DNA of 64,000 bases, taken from assembly GCA_002269645.1 (NCBI GenBank), contig NIVC01001758.1, positions 124,001 to 188,000 of the forward strand. Reading direction: 5' to 3'. This document shows, in pieces, positions 24,124-36,050 of this stretch. Each line of letters begins with the position of its first letter. The stretch's first letter is position 1. Under the pieces are notes generated by a model. The model worked only from the letters and a program-made list of their open reading frames with translations, was not told where the DNA came from and searched no databases. Source of the DNA: Macrostomum lignano. Taxonomy: Eukaryota. The position numbers and the translations under genes are program-made.

Positions 24124-27100
24124 TCACTCGTCGACAAACAGCAGGCCCTCGGGCGGATTGCCAGACAAGTCGACACCTTCGAGACCTTCGCCTGCGTAGC
24201 TCAACAAAGGCGACACTTCGGCATAGCGACGAGAGCCGCCCAGTGAGCTGGCTGACGCGGCGGTTAGCAGCCACTTTGTATGCAGTTCGAGCACATCTCG
24301 CCGGCAAGTCTCCGGGCAGTCCGAGCTGGAGCCCGGAGCATTTTTTAACGGCGAAAATTCTTCGGAGCGAGCGGCCTCCCACAAGGCGAAACTCGAGCCG
24401 GCGGCGGGGAATACGTCGAAGACGAATTTTTCAAATTTGATAGCGTTCTCAGTTGGCGGACTATGCACCTGATTGAGCCCGGAGAACGTGAGGGGGGACA
24501 TAAAAGGACACTAATAGTATTCATCAACACTTAACCTATTGTATGCGTATAAAATGGAGCAGTCGCTACTGTAAACGTTCTGTAAATATCTTGTTCAGGT
24601 AACTCTGTTATCGTTCATTGCGACCACGTTTTGTGCCTGTTATGTTCAGGATAATTATGTTTTAAGAGTCTTGTTTAGGGTCTCTAACGCGCTGAGCTCT
24701 CTTGTACTAAGGTTCCTGATTGGTCAGCACTTTTTTCCCCAATTTTCAGCCACCCATCAGTGCTTTCAAGATGGTTTTTTGGGTCTTACAACTCGTTTCA
24801 TGTTTTATGCAAAAAAACAAAACTATGCATGCTTTTTCAAAACTGCAAACGGCTGTAAAGGTTTTTGCTTTACTGCTAAAAGCATGCGTGTTCAGGGGTC
24901 TCACTGAAGAAAAAGCTTTGACTCGCAGTCTTTGACTCTGCGCTACTACGAGCTACTATGAACATGATGGTAGGCACTGGCAAGGCTCCGCGGATTTCAT
25001 CACCTTGGTGGCTGAAGCTTTGGTATTTCCTCAATGTCAAGTCGCCGTACAAGGAAAAGGACATCAGCCAGGATCCTGTCCGTTCATCGCTTGACTGGAA
25101 GCTACGGTTTCTGGAGGAGTATGCTGACTTTCTTAACAGTGGGAGGATCAAGTCAGGCAATCCTGGCCTGTCCAAGGAGAATTTCTTCTTGTGCTCTGGC
25201 CTTCTGTGTAAGGCATTTGCTAGACAATGAAGGCTTTTCCTATGTGCTTCTTTGTGTCACCTATCTGCCTCGATATGAAAAGCATCCGGTGATCCGGCAG
25301 TCTCGATGCAAATTTTCTCCACCTGCACAGCCGGAGCTTCTGGAAAAATGGATCTCTACGATTCCCCGAAAGTGGACAGCAGCAGAGTTGGAGAAGTTGC
25401 GCAGCGATCCAAACAAAGCACAACTACCGGATATGCTCACTGCGTTTTTAGAAAGGCTATTTGTAACCAACTCACGCCTCTCGGGACTCCAAATCGAGTC
25501 GTAAGCGCTCCGCATTTGCAAATGCAGATGGACAACAAAAGCGGCTGAAAAACTTCTAATGTCGTACCCAGCATCTTTCCAAACTACTTGATTTCCAACT
25601 TGAGCATACCAACGCGCCATTCTACTTGAGCAAAACTGTTCCTGAGGAGCGACCTACCACCATGACACCTGCTCAGACTCGACGAGAGAGTGCTATGCGT
25701 CGCTGTGAGGATCATTGTTCGAAGGCGCGATGTCATTCAAGGGGGGTTTCCATGATCTACTGGCGTTGGATATGCTCGCCACAAAGGGTTGCAAAATATT
25801 TTTTGCACTAAAGAAAGGACGGTTTCGTAATAATACTACTCAAAATTGGGGATTATAGAGTAGTTTTGAAGGCTTTGCGTTATCAATTAAAGAATAATGT
25901 TGCATTTTCCTATTCATTCAATGCTTTCCAATTCAGCTTTAACCCCTAAACTTGTATGCTGCCTTGACTAGTTAGTCCCTTCCTGGGGAGCGCAGCCAGC
26001 CAATAGGATTCCCTGACAGTGCCTTCGTGTTGTCCTCCGACTCTGGCTCTGTTCGGGAATCTTTTATGTCACCGTCGCAGTTGCTTGCAAGTTCGAACAG
26101 AACCAAAAGTGTGACGAGTGCAGAGAGCTGCTTCTTGAACAGGAAGAGGTGTTACCGTTGGATGTTGATTGGGTTCTGGCAATCATCAAGATCAACCAAG
26201 GTCTGTGCCAGCCAACGGGAACTAGCTTTCGCACTTATAATGCATTGCTGGAAAATCTTCGAGGAGATTCGACGGAAGGACTCACAGCTCAAGGCATTCC
26301 TGACTGTGCAGAAGCAGCAGCAGGTCTTCTATGGCCTTGTGGATGAGATGGCCAACGATGAAGGCTTTCTGGAGTTCTTTATACAGCTGGTGATTTGCAC
26401 GCACGGCCACGATGTGAAGACGGGCCTGGAAAAGGCTTTCTGCAACTGCATTATGAAAAATCTGGCTAAGGAGAGCTCTATAAATCGTGGAAGTTGAAGG
26501 AAGCAAAAGATCGCCAAGTTGTGTGGCCTCTCGCTTACGGTTGATGAACCATTTTTAAGGCTAAATATGTTTCAGGTAGATAAATATAGGTTCAATTGCC
26601 TTATGACTTAATTTACGCATGGGTTCTGTAATTATTCCTAAATACGCTTGTTCAGAGCCTGGCCCTATTTTTTCTTTTATTTTTATAAATTCTCATAATA
26701 AAGTCAAAATTCTTAGATCAGTATTAACAATGTCTCCAAACATAGCGCTTTTGTGTTGGTGTTTAAGACTCTCGTAAGAACCCTCTGAGTGATATTACGA
26801 GTAAATGCTCTATGTTGCTCACAAAATAGCTGGGAATGGCTGCCACACTGAGGTAAATGTGTGTGGGGAGCTTCCAGTCCAGTGATGCTATTTTAATGAG
26901 TCTCTGGTCCTGATGAACTTTTTTGGGATTATGGGGAATACGCTTGTAGAGATTGTCATTCTAGTGCACGGGTGAAGGATGTACAGAAAAAAGTTACTGA
27001 ATGAAACGAGTAACAAATTACTCACTCTGACTTACTTGACTTAGCTGCAGGGCTGTCCCGGAGGGGACACAGCGGGAAGGCGCGGGCGCCCATTCCGCTA

Positions 27101-30100
27101 AATTACTCACTCAAAATTGGATACAAATGTGCAACTGTAAATTGCCGCTCCGGCAATTCCAGAAAAGAATCGCCTACATCGAAAGTTTTTTTCCACGAGC
27201 TTCCCCAACAAGAGTCGGAGCTACTCCAAGAACGGCTACGGCGCATTCAACGAGAAGACTATATTCCAACCAGAGTTCTGACTGTGCTTCCAGCACTTTA
27301 CGGATGAAAATTTTGTTACCACATCGCAGGACTTGAATAAAAGTTACAAGCGTGATAGCGAAGGCCAACAATTGAGGAAGAAAAAGCTCCAGAAAAATGC
27401 AGTTCCCTCTGTTTTCATGGAACTTTCTGACCGGCTGCAGCCATCTGTTGCTAAAGCTAGAGGAATTTCTGCCACTGGAAGACTGGAAGCCGATCAGAAA
27501 ATAATGGACAAAGAGGCCATTGAGTTTCTGGCATCAGACGAGATCAGCTCACTGACTGATATCATGGAGCAGTTTGAAGGCAACCTAATTCTGACATATT
27601 TTGTTGTCCTCCAATAGCCATCTTCAATGACGTTTTGCTGTACTGACGTTGAGTTTAAAATATGTTAAGGGAAGGTGACATTGTTTTCCCAAATTCAGAA
27701 TCTACTAGCCTTACTCAAGTCTTGGACTTCGTCGAACACAACAATAAAAAACGAAACTGCTATTGACTGTCTGGGTAATTATCTGGATTTTATTGATTCT
27801 GTGGATCCACAATTGCAGAAATTTCCGTTTATTTGAGAACAACTTGATCTTTACCTACGAGTAATTAATCTATAGTGTTTGCCATGGTGCTAAGATCCGT
27901 CAGTACATCTTGCTATCAGGCACTATTGAACAAAGCAGTGCTGACACAACCCTCCATTAGAAGGTTGATTTCAATCCCTAGTCCTCTCTTTGTGGACCCT
28001 GGCGTCTCCGACAAGCCGTACATTCACCAGCAAAGTCAGAAACTGCCAATCGCAGAGTCCAACATGAATCTAATGTTCGATGAGATTCACTTCAACAGGC
28101 ATATCGAATATTCTGCCGGAGTTGTCGGAATGTAAGACGAAAATCCAGCTTCGACAATACTCTGCTTTATGGTCAAATCGATTGCTGGAAAGTTAAGCGA
28201 TGTACGAGGGCTGCTCAATAAGTTTCCGGAAAATTGCAGTTTTTACAAGTTATCTTTTAAAGATTTTTTGGGCAGAGCGGACCACAGATGTTTATAGTAT
28301 CTGTGGAGCGGACAAATATGTTAGGATATTATGCCTAAAAATTCAGCTTTCTGCACTTATATGCTGAATCTGAAATCTCAATCTGAAAAAAAGTCATGAC
28401 TTTCTACCAAACCTGACCCGACGTGACAAGTGAGCCATGTTCCTGCTGCTGTTTCACTCGGGCAAATATCTATCACAGTGCCCGCAGCAGCTTTAAATGG
28501 CGCTTGGAAGTGAAGCGAAAAGCCAGAGCGTCGTGTACGAGTGGTATGCTTGTTTTCGAACAGCCGCATTCGGTCTTGACGACGACCCATAGGAAGTACG
28601 TCCGAACTCGGCCATCACGCCAACAACTGTGGCTGCCACCAAGCGACTGCTGAACGAAGACAAGCAAGTGAGCACTCGTGAGCTCGAGCAGAATGTGGGC
28701 GTGTCAGATGGCACAATTAATTCCATTCTGCATAATCAGCTTGGTGTCAGAAAGCTGTCAGATGGGTGCCCCATCAGAGAGGACGGCAAGCCAAAAGGAT
28801 TCCTGACTTCAGTTTACGAGGGCAAGCTCTGCAATTACATGTTTGAGATTTCACCGACAGTCTGTGTAGCATGTTACATCTGCATGGTCGAAGACCACAC
28901 TGTGAGCTGTCCTGGCAGCTGGATTTCTAGATCAAATCAGGCTTCAGACAAAATTCGCCTTTGCATGTACAAATCACTGTTGGAAGATATTTGTGGCGAT
29001 TCGACGGAATGAGTCGTTAAGGAATGACCTGATTAATTAACTTAATGCAATGAACGTGCTGCTTTTCCGGGAGCACGAGACTTTCCCGGAGGAGGTTTTC
29101 CGCCGAGGTTTGCCAGCGCGAGCTTTTTCCGCAGCGAGTTTTTGAAAGCGCAAAGCTGTCTGCGATGCTCATGAACTATTTTAAGGAAGAGATCGATTAT
29201 CAGGCCCAGCTGATGACGAGAGCAAGTGCGGGCATTGTGACCACCACTGTGCTATTTTTGGTCAGCTGGTCTATAACTTTGCCGCAAAATTGCAGCTCAA
29301 CACTTGATGCTCTTCCTCCAAATCAAGTTCAGCTGCTATTGCCAATCGTCAGACTACTTGGAATAATGAATGCTTTAATAAGATCGACAAAAATGGGCAG
29401 CGAATTGGCGATTGGTGCCGCCAAGGTGTCTGCCCTGGCGACGCGTTTTGCAATCTCTGTTCGAGAACTTTCTCTATCAACCAGCACGGAATCACTGCGG
29501 TGAATCAACATGCTGCATCTAAGGAAAAGAATCAGTATGCAGAGAGCAACGCAAGGGTGCAACGCGTAACTCGGCGATGGAACGAAAATGGCTTGTCTGA
29601 AGACTTACCGCTGAGGTCCTTCCTGCGGGGCATCGAGCATAACCTGAAGAAGTAAGGCCATCAATGGAACCACATTGAAAAGCGTAGTGACTGAGAGTTG
29701 TTTGTTGGTTAAATCGAATCCAATTTTTTCCGGCTTTTTCCCGTAGATATGTCAACTGATGGTGCCAGTGATTTTTGTGTGGTTTTACAAACGCGAAATT
29801 TCATAACCGCTAAAATTTTTGCACTAAATCATATACGGCAGTCTTTTCGCGGTTGTGAAAGCAATCCATTTTTTTCTTAGAACTCTGTGGCTGGCAGCTT
29901 ATTTTCACAAGTGTCAATCACTTTAACAAAAATGTAATTTTTCTTTGAGTATAAAATTTGCACTCGAATAAAGACTATCATTTCCAATTAATATCCAACT
30001 ATTAATTACTTCAATGAACTACACTTAGTAAATTAAATCGTATAAATTAAACTCAACTTTGAGCACTGTGTTGTAATAAGCGCGACAGAAACTGCACGGT

Positions 30101-33100
30101 TGCCAGCCAACTACGCCACCGCAGGCGTAGGCATAAGAGCCGAGCATGCGGCCGACTTGGCCAAGAGGGCAGCAGAGGCGGCAGATGCCGTTAAAGAACA
30201 TGCGACAAACTGGCTGCATTCGAACAGGCCAGACAAGCTGGTGCTTCAGCAACCGGTGACGTCATTGGTGTCATTGAAGCCCCGGCCTCGACCGACATTG
30301 TCCCCATTTGCTGGTCAACTTTTCACAGTCCCTGTCGAGCAATTTCGTCAGCCACAGCGCCTATTGGGCACACCGCTTCAATCGGCTGGCGCCCGTTTTT
30401 TACCGGCAGCTTCGTGCGGCGTACCCATTTAAGTGTGTGGACTACATAGTTCGCGTAACTGCCAATGCGCTAGTCACAAATGGGAGAATCCAGCGCATCC
30501 GGGCCGGTAAGCCTGTTATGCTTCTGCCAGCAGTCTTAGAAGACGCGACGCTCTGTCGCCCAAATAGAAGCTAGTCTTGCGCGCAATCCGGCACCCAGAA
30601 GGCGCAGAGGTGGGTTTTAGCGACAAGTCCGTTCACATGCGGACTGTCGTCCTTGCCGTGCTGGATTCAAGCGCAACTGCAAGTTACGTAACTGGCATCC
30701 CGTGCGGGAAACGGTATATTATTATTACACTATAGAAACTGATAAGTCATAAATGCGCCCTTTATTGTCACAATTCCAAAATATTCCCCCGCGCGGGATG
30801 CCAGTCGCGTAACTTGCAGTTGCGATCGGAGAGAAATGGCTCACTAGATCAGAGTGGATACTTTCATTGTCCGTGAGTGTATACATTCATCTTTTATGTT
30901 CATGTTCCGTGCTTATTTTTTGTGATTATATTCTTTGCTCGTATCTTTCATGTTTGTTTATTTTTCATGTTTTTGTTTACGTTCCATATTCATGTTTTAT
31001 GATTTATGTTTATGTTTATGTTTCGTGTTTTATGTTCCACGTTTTATTTTTATAAAATAAAATAAAATAAAATGTTTTTGAATATTTAATATTGTACGTT
31101 GCTTTTACTATTTTCTAATAAATACATGCCTTAGCGTTTTTGACGGACGACATGCTGTCATGAGATTACATGTGCACTGCGTCATCATGGATTATAAACT
31201 TAAATAATCAGCCTACCAATAAAATTTGCACATTTTTGCGCGTCACATCCTTCTACTTAAGTAGTCCGTGACAAGAAGTTGGTGAATTGCATAGAGAAAG
31301 ACATTGGCCGCAGAAAGTTGTCCCACAAAAGTTATGTGCCGTCATTGAGGACACTGGCAGACAACGACCATTGTTCAACGAAGTTTGGCGGTACTACCTG
31401 ACGCCCAACGCGGCCAGTTCAAACGAGAGCTTCGAAGTACTTGCGAATGATAAACTGCATTTGGACGCACGCTTTCTTTTTTAACGCTTTTTTGCCGTTC
31501 ATTTGTTCGGCTAACAACCCAGTAGACAGAATATGCTAACTGCATCATGGTCCTGTAGACCTTAGCAACAATTTACCAACTGCATCATGGTCCTGTAGAC
31601 CTTAGCAACAATCAACCAACTGCATCATGGTCCTGTAGACCTTAGCAACAATCAACCAACTGCATCATGGTCCTGTAGACCTTAGCAACAATCAACCAAC
31701 TGCATCATGGTCCTGTAGACCTTAGCAACAATCAACCAACTGCATCATGGTCCTGTAGACCTTAGCAACAATTATCAACTGCATCATGGTCCTGTAGACC
31801 TTAGCAACAATTTACCAACTGCATCATGGTCCTGTAGACCTTAGCAACAATTTACCAACTGCATCATGGTCCTGTAGACCTTAGCAACATTTAACCAACT
31901 GCATCATGGTCCTGTAGACCTTAGTAACAACCAACTGCATCATGGTCCTGTAGACCTTAGCAACAATTTACCAACTGCATCATGGTCATGTAGACCTTAG
32001 CAACAATCAACCAACTGCATCATGGTCCTGTAGACCTTAGCAACAATTTACCAACTGCATCATGGTCCTGTAGACCTTAGCAACAATTTACCAACTGCAT
32101 CATGGTCCTGTAGACCTTAGCAACAATTATCAACTGCATCATGGTCCTGTAGACCTTAGCAACATTTAACCAACTGCATCATGGTCCTGTAGACCTTAGT
32201 AACAACCAACTGCATCATGGTCCTGTAGACCTTAGCAACAATTTACCAACTGCATCATGGTCCTGTAGACCTTAGCAACAATTTACCAACTGCATCATGG
32301 TCCTGTAGACCTTAGCAACATTTAACCAACTGCATCATGGTCCTGTAGACCTTAGTAACAACCAACTGCATCATGGTCCTGTAGACCTTAGTAACAACCA
32401 ACTGCATCATGGTCCTGTAGACCTTAGCAACAATTTACCAACTGCATGATGAGCCTGTAGACCTTAGCAACATTTAACCAACTGCATCATGGTCCTGTAG
32501 ACCTTAGTAACAACCAACTGCATCATGGTCCTGTAGACCTTAGTAACAACCAACTGCATCATGAACCTGTAGACCTTAGCAACAATCAACCAACTGCATG
32601 ATGAACCTGTAGACCTTAGCAACAATCAACCAACTGCATCATGGACCTGTAGACCTTAGCAACAATCAACCAACTGCATCATGGACCTGTGGACCTTAGC
32701 AACAATCAACCAACTGCATCATGGACCTGTGGACCTTACGAGCGTAGCAACAATTAATCAACTGCATCAGGGTCCTGTAGTGTAGATCTTTGCAACAATT
32801 AACCGATTGTGCAGCATAATAGCTAAAAATAGGCCCTAGCAACCATTAATCGCAACTGCAACACAAATTACCATAGCAAAAAAACTCACCATCTGACCAG
32901 CATTAGCATCCCAATAAGGCACCTTCTTCTTAGCCGCATGATAAGGTAACAGTCTAACCTCATTCTCAGGCTGACAGACGGATTCTAACGATTCCAACGT
33001 GAAATAGTGCTGGCAGATATTGGCCGCACGCATCAGCAGCCGCTGACCGTCGGGCTCCCTAGCCGCGGCATCCTCCGGCCTCATCTCCGAGTACTCAACC

Positions 33101-35437
33101 ACCCGGTAGCCACCGGAGGCCGTGTCGGCGGCCACGACGCCTACTCTCTCCTCTGGCCGGGTGCGCTCAACTACTTTAGCAGCCATAGAGACGCGCTCTA
33201 ATAGGCAGTGGCCAATAAATAGAGGGTCGGCTACTCGTGTGAGGATATTGTCAACGCCGAATACCTGATGACAGTTATGAGGTATGCTACTCAAATTAGC
33301 ATTATTGCGATTTACCGATCTTCTAATCCAACTAAAAATCTTCTAATCCATCTTCCGATCTAACTGCCGATTTTCTAATCCATCTACTGATATAACTGTT
33401 GATCTTCTAATTTAATCTAACTAGAACTAGTACAAATCTTCTAACCTATCTACGGATCTAACTACCGATCTTCTAATTCATCTAACTACAGATCTTCTAG
33501 CTCATCTAACAATCTAACTACCCATCTTCTAACCCATCTAACAATCTACCAACCGATTTTCTAATATAACTACCGATCTTCTAACCCATCTACCGATATA
33601 ACTACCGTCTACCGATATTCTAACTCATCTATCGATATAACTACTAATCTTCTAATCTATCTACCAATCTCACAATCTTCCCACCGATCTTGAAAGCTCC
33701 CTCTCCTTCAAAGCTCCCATCCACATCCAGCAATGCATGCAATAGGCCTCTCTAACCTGCAGGCAGGCGATACCCCGGCGTCGCATGTCGGCCAGGGCGC
33801 CCGACTCTCTTAATGCCCTATAAAGCCCGCCGTTTCCGTCCGGACTAGTCTGGACAGCGTCCGGTCCGGCCATCAACGCGCGCCCGTCGGTGTCCACGCA
33901 TGGCACCGAGCCTTGTTCAAAGAATCTGACACAATCCGGCCGGAGACCGAAGCAGCCGGCGCCGCGGAACAGAGCCTCTGTGCCCGGTCCAGTGCTGTCC
34001 GAGGTCATCACGTACCAAGCTATGCGGCCGGGCCCGCCGCCGGCCATGGCTTCCACTCGAAGGGCTTTCTCGGCGTGCAACTGGAACAGAGACTTGCCGC
34101 TGGGCAGGCCGACATTGTAGGCGCCTTTGGGGCCGGTGGCGCCGAGGCGGGTGGCCTGGCAGGATTAGGGAAACAAGATCGTTTGTAAGATAAGTGTTTG
34201 AAGTAGTATCCTCCCGTAGCAACCAGTTGCTAAGAAATTTAACCACTCCATTGTACTGATAAATGATAAATCGAATTGTAGTTGTTGCCATAGCAACCGT
34301 TGCACAGTACTACAACCATAGCAACTAGAGTGAGACCAATTCGACGGGTTATCAAACGGATTAAGCGAAGAGTACAATACCTATTATTGCTCCATATGTT
34401 GCCATAGAAACCAGCAACAAGCCGACACCAACCCATTTTCTTTTTGGTCTGAAGCCAATCAATTTCACCCGCCACCCAGCAACCAAATAATCTCACTCAC
34501 CTGTCCCCCAGCAACCGAACAATCTCACCAATTCCCCCAGCAACCAAACAATCTCACCAATTCCCCCAGCAACCAAACAATCTCACCTGTCCCCAGCAAC
34601 CAATCAATCTCACTCACCTGTCCCCCAGCAACCAAAAAATCTCACCAATTCTCCCAGAACCAATCTCACTAATTCCCCCAGCAACCAAACAATCTCACCT
34701 GTCCCCAGCAACCAATCAATCTCACTCACCTGTCCCCCAGCAACCAGAAAATCTCACCAATTCTCCCAGAACCAATCTCACTAATTCCCCCAGCAACCAA
34801 ACAATCTCACCTGTCCCCAGCAACCAATCAATCTCAACTGTCCCCAGCAACCAAACAATCTCACCTGTCCCCAGCAACCAATCAATCTCACTCACCTGTC
34901 CCCCAGCAACCAGAAAATCTCACCAATTCTCCCAGAACCAATCTCACTAATTCCCCCAGCAACCAAACAATCTCACCTGTCCCCAGCAACCAATCAATCT
35001 CAACTGTCCCCAGCAACCAATCAATCTCACCTGTCCCCCAGCAAACAAAAAATCTCACCTGTCCCTAAGTAATTAAATAATCTCACCTGTCCCCCAGCAA
35101 CCAGCACCAGACCCACGCGTCCCTCGGCCACGGCGGCCAGACCAGCGGCTCTCAGCTCGGAGTCCCTCGGTCCGCCAGGCCCGGCGCAAACCGAGGCCGG
35201 AGGCGGCGCATAGCCTTCGCCAAGTCGCGGCGGCTGGCCGGACATGACAGCTCGGACAGCGGCGGACAAGCCCGGCCAGTCGATTCGTTCGAGTTGACGA
35301 AGCAGCCGAACCCGCTGCTCGCCGGATAGGCTCGGCCAGCCGTCAAGGAGGTGCAGCTGGCCGGCGTCGGACAGTTGGCGGCGGACTCGTTCGAGTCTGG
35401 CTTCGTCCGAGGAGGCATCGGCTGCTGCTGCTGACAT
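24124..35437 (-). CDS. UAP1: UDP-N-acetylhexosamine pyrophosphorylase, 489 aa; exons 35437-35087, 34155-33757, 33264-32890, 24468-24124
   Basis: Motifs LVAGGQ/ATRLG, YNVGLPSGKSLFQ, WYVMTS, FFEQGSVPC, SPDGNGGLYRAL, GVDNIL..VADP.FIG, VVEYSE, AANICQHYF, YHAAKKKVP, IKFEKFVFDVF, EEFSPLKNA, EVSPLLSYAGEGLE. All three introns are phase 0 GT-AG. The terminal TGA overlaps a possible GTGAG donor, so the last codons are less certain. Confidence 0.94.
24830..26540 (+). mobile_element. Degenerate P-element/THAP9-like fragments: transposase core (~24830-25255), THAP domain (~25290-25600), C-terminal piece (~26030-26540)
   Basis: WQGSADFITLV, LNVKSPYK, LRFLEEYADFL, LLDNEGFSYVLL (P-type transposase). PELLEKWISTIP, RICSLRF, NVVPSIFP (THAP). 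Multiple frameshifts. Confidence 0.7.
27028..27099 (-). mobile_element. ~72-bp retroposed LINE-3'-end fragment with 13-bp TSD
   Basis: TSD AAATTACTCACTC at 27015-27027 and 27100-27112; tail TAAGTCAAGTAAGTCA; homologous to the 53436-53641 insertion. Confidence 0.8.
27113..28204 (+). mobile_element. Second degenerate THAP/P-element (THAP domain plus transposase N-half), cut by mariner
   Basis: GYKCATVNCRSG, FFHELP, (C)SQHFTDENF, LQKNAVPSVF, then CYQALLNKAVLTQPS, LMFDEIHF, ASTILCFMVKSIAGKLSDV ending at the TA at 28203-28204. Confidence 0.8.
28205..28772 (+). mobile_element. 3'-truncated mariner (Tc1/mariner) element
   Basis: TA followed by TIR-like CGAGGGCTGCTCAATAAGTTTCCGG. Relic ORF SQSVVYEWYACF..LDDDP*EVRP..KQVSTRELEQNVGVSDGTINSILHNQLGVRKLS, then frameshifted (R)WVP. 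No right TIR found. Confidence 0.8.
30672..30824. repeat. 37-bp inverted repeat pair with AT-rich spacer (foldback/MITE-like)
   Basis: 30672-30708 is the near-perfect reverse complement of 30788-30824. Confidence 0.8.
31538..32785. repeat. 40-bp minisatellite (AACTGCATCATGGTCCTGTAGACCTTAGCAACAATCAACC), ~30 copies
   Basis: Period 40 with 37-bp variants, in UAP1 intron 3. Confidence 0.93.
34480..35103 (-). repeat. ~27-31-bp minisatellite whose unit is the UAP1 exon 1 end plus 5' splice site (TGGTTGCTGGGGGACAG/GTGAGAT)
   Basis: Plus-strand CTCACCTGTCC recurs about 12 times between 34496 and 35093; the last copy is the functional donor. Confidence 0.9.
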
Positions 35438-35509
35438 GCTCGATGGACTTTGCGCTTGAAAGTTTTAGCAATCATCGATTCGCGACTTGATAAACTCAGG
35501 CTGTCCTAG

Positions 35510-36050
35510 ATCCCCACCGTAGGTTTTAGGTCCCGACTGTAGGTCCTAGGTCCCGACTGTAGGTCCTAGATCCCCACCGTAGGTCCAAGGTCCCGACTGT
35601 AGGTCCTAGGTCCCGACTGTAGGTCCTAGATCCCGACTGTAGGTCCTATGTCCCGACTGTAGGTCCTAGATCCCCACCGTGGGTCCTAGGTCCCGACTGT
35701 AGGTTCTAGGTCCCGACTGTAGGTCCTAGGTCCCGATTGTAGGTCCTAGGTCCCCACCGTAGGTCCTAGGTCCCGACTGTAGGTCCTAGGTCCCGATTTT
35801 AGGTCCTAGGTCCCGACTGTAGGTCCTAGATCCCCACCGTAGGTCCTAGGTCCCGACTGTAGGTCCTAGATCTCGACTGTAGGTCCTAGATCGCAACTGT
35901 ACGTCCTAGGTCCCGACTGTAGGTCCTAGATCCCAACTGTACGTCCTAGGTCCCGACTGTAGGTCCTAGATCCCGACTGTAGGTCCTAGATTCCGACTGT
36001 AGGTCCTAGGTCCTGACTGTAGGTCATGGGTTCCGACTGTAGGTCCCAGT
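35510..36050. repeat. 20-bp minisatellite (AGGTCCTAGGTCCCGACTGT)
   Basis: About 27 copies immediately upstream of the UAP1 5' end. Confidence 0.92.

Noticed and set aside
27028-27099. HDV-like ribozyme fold for the mini-retroposon
   Set aside because: The segment enclosed by the first stem is too short for P2/P3/L3, and the 53 kb copy shows the unit lies 3' of ORF2.
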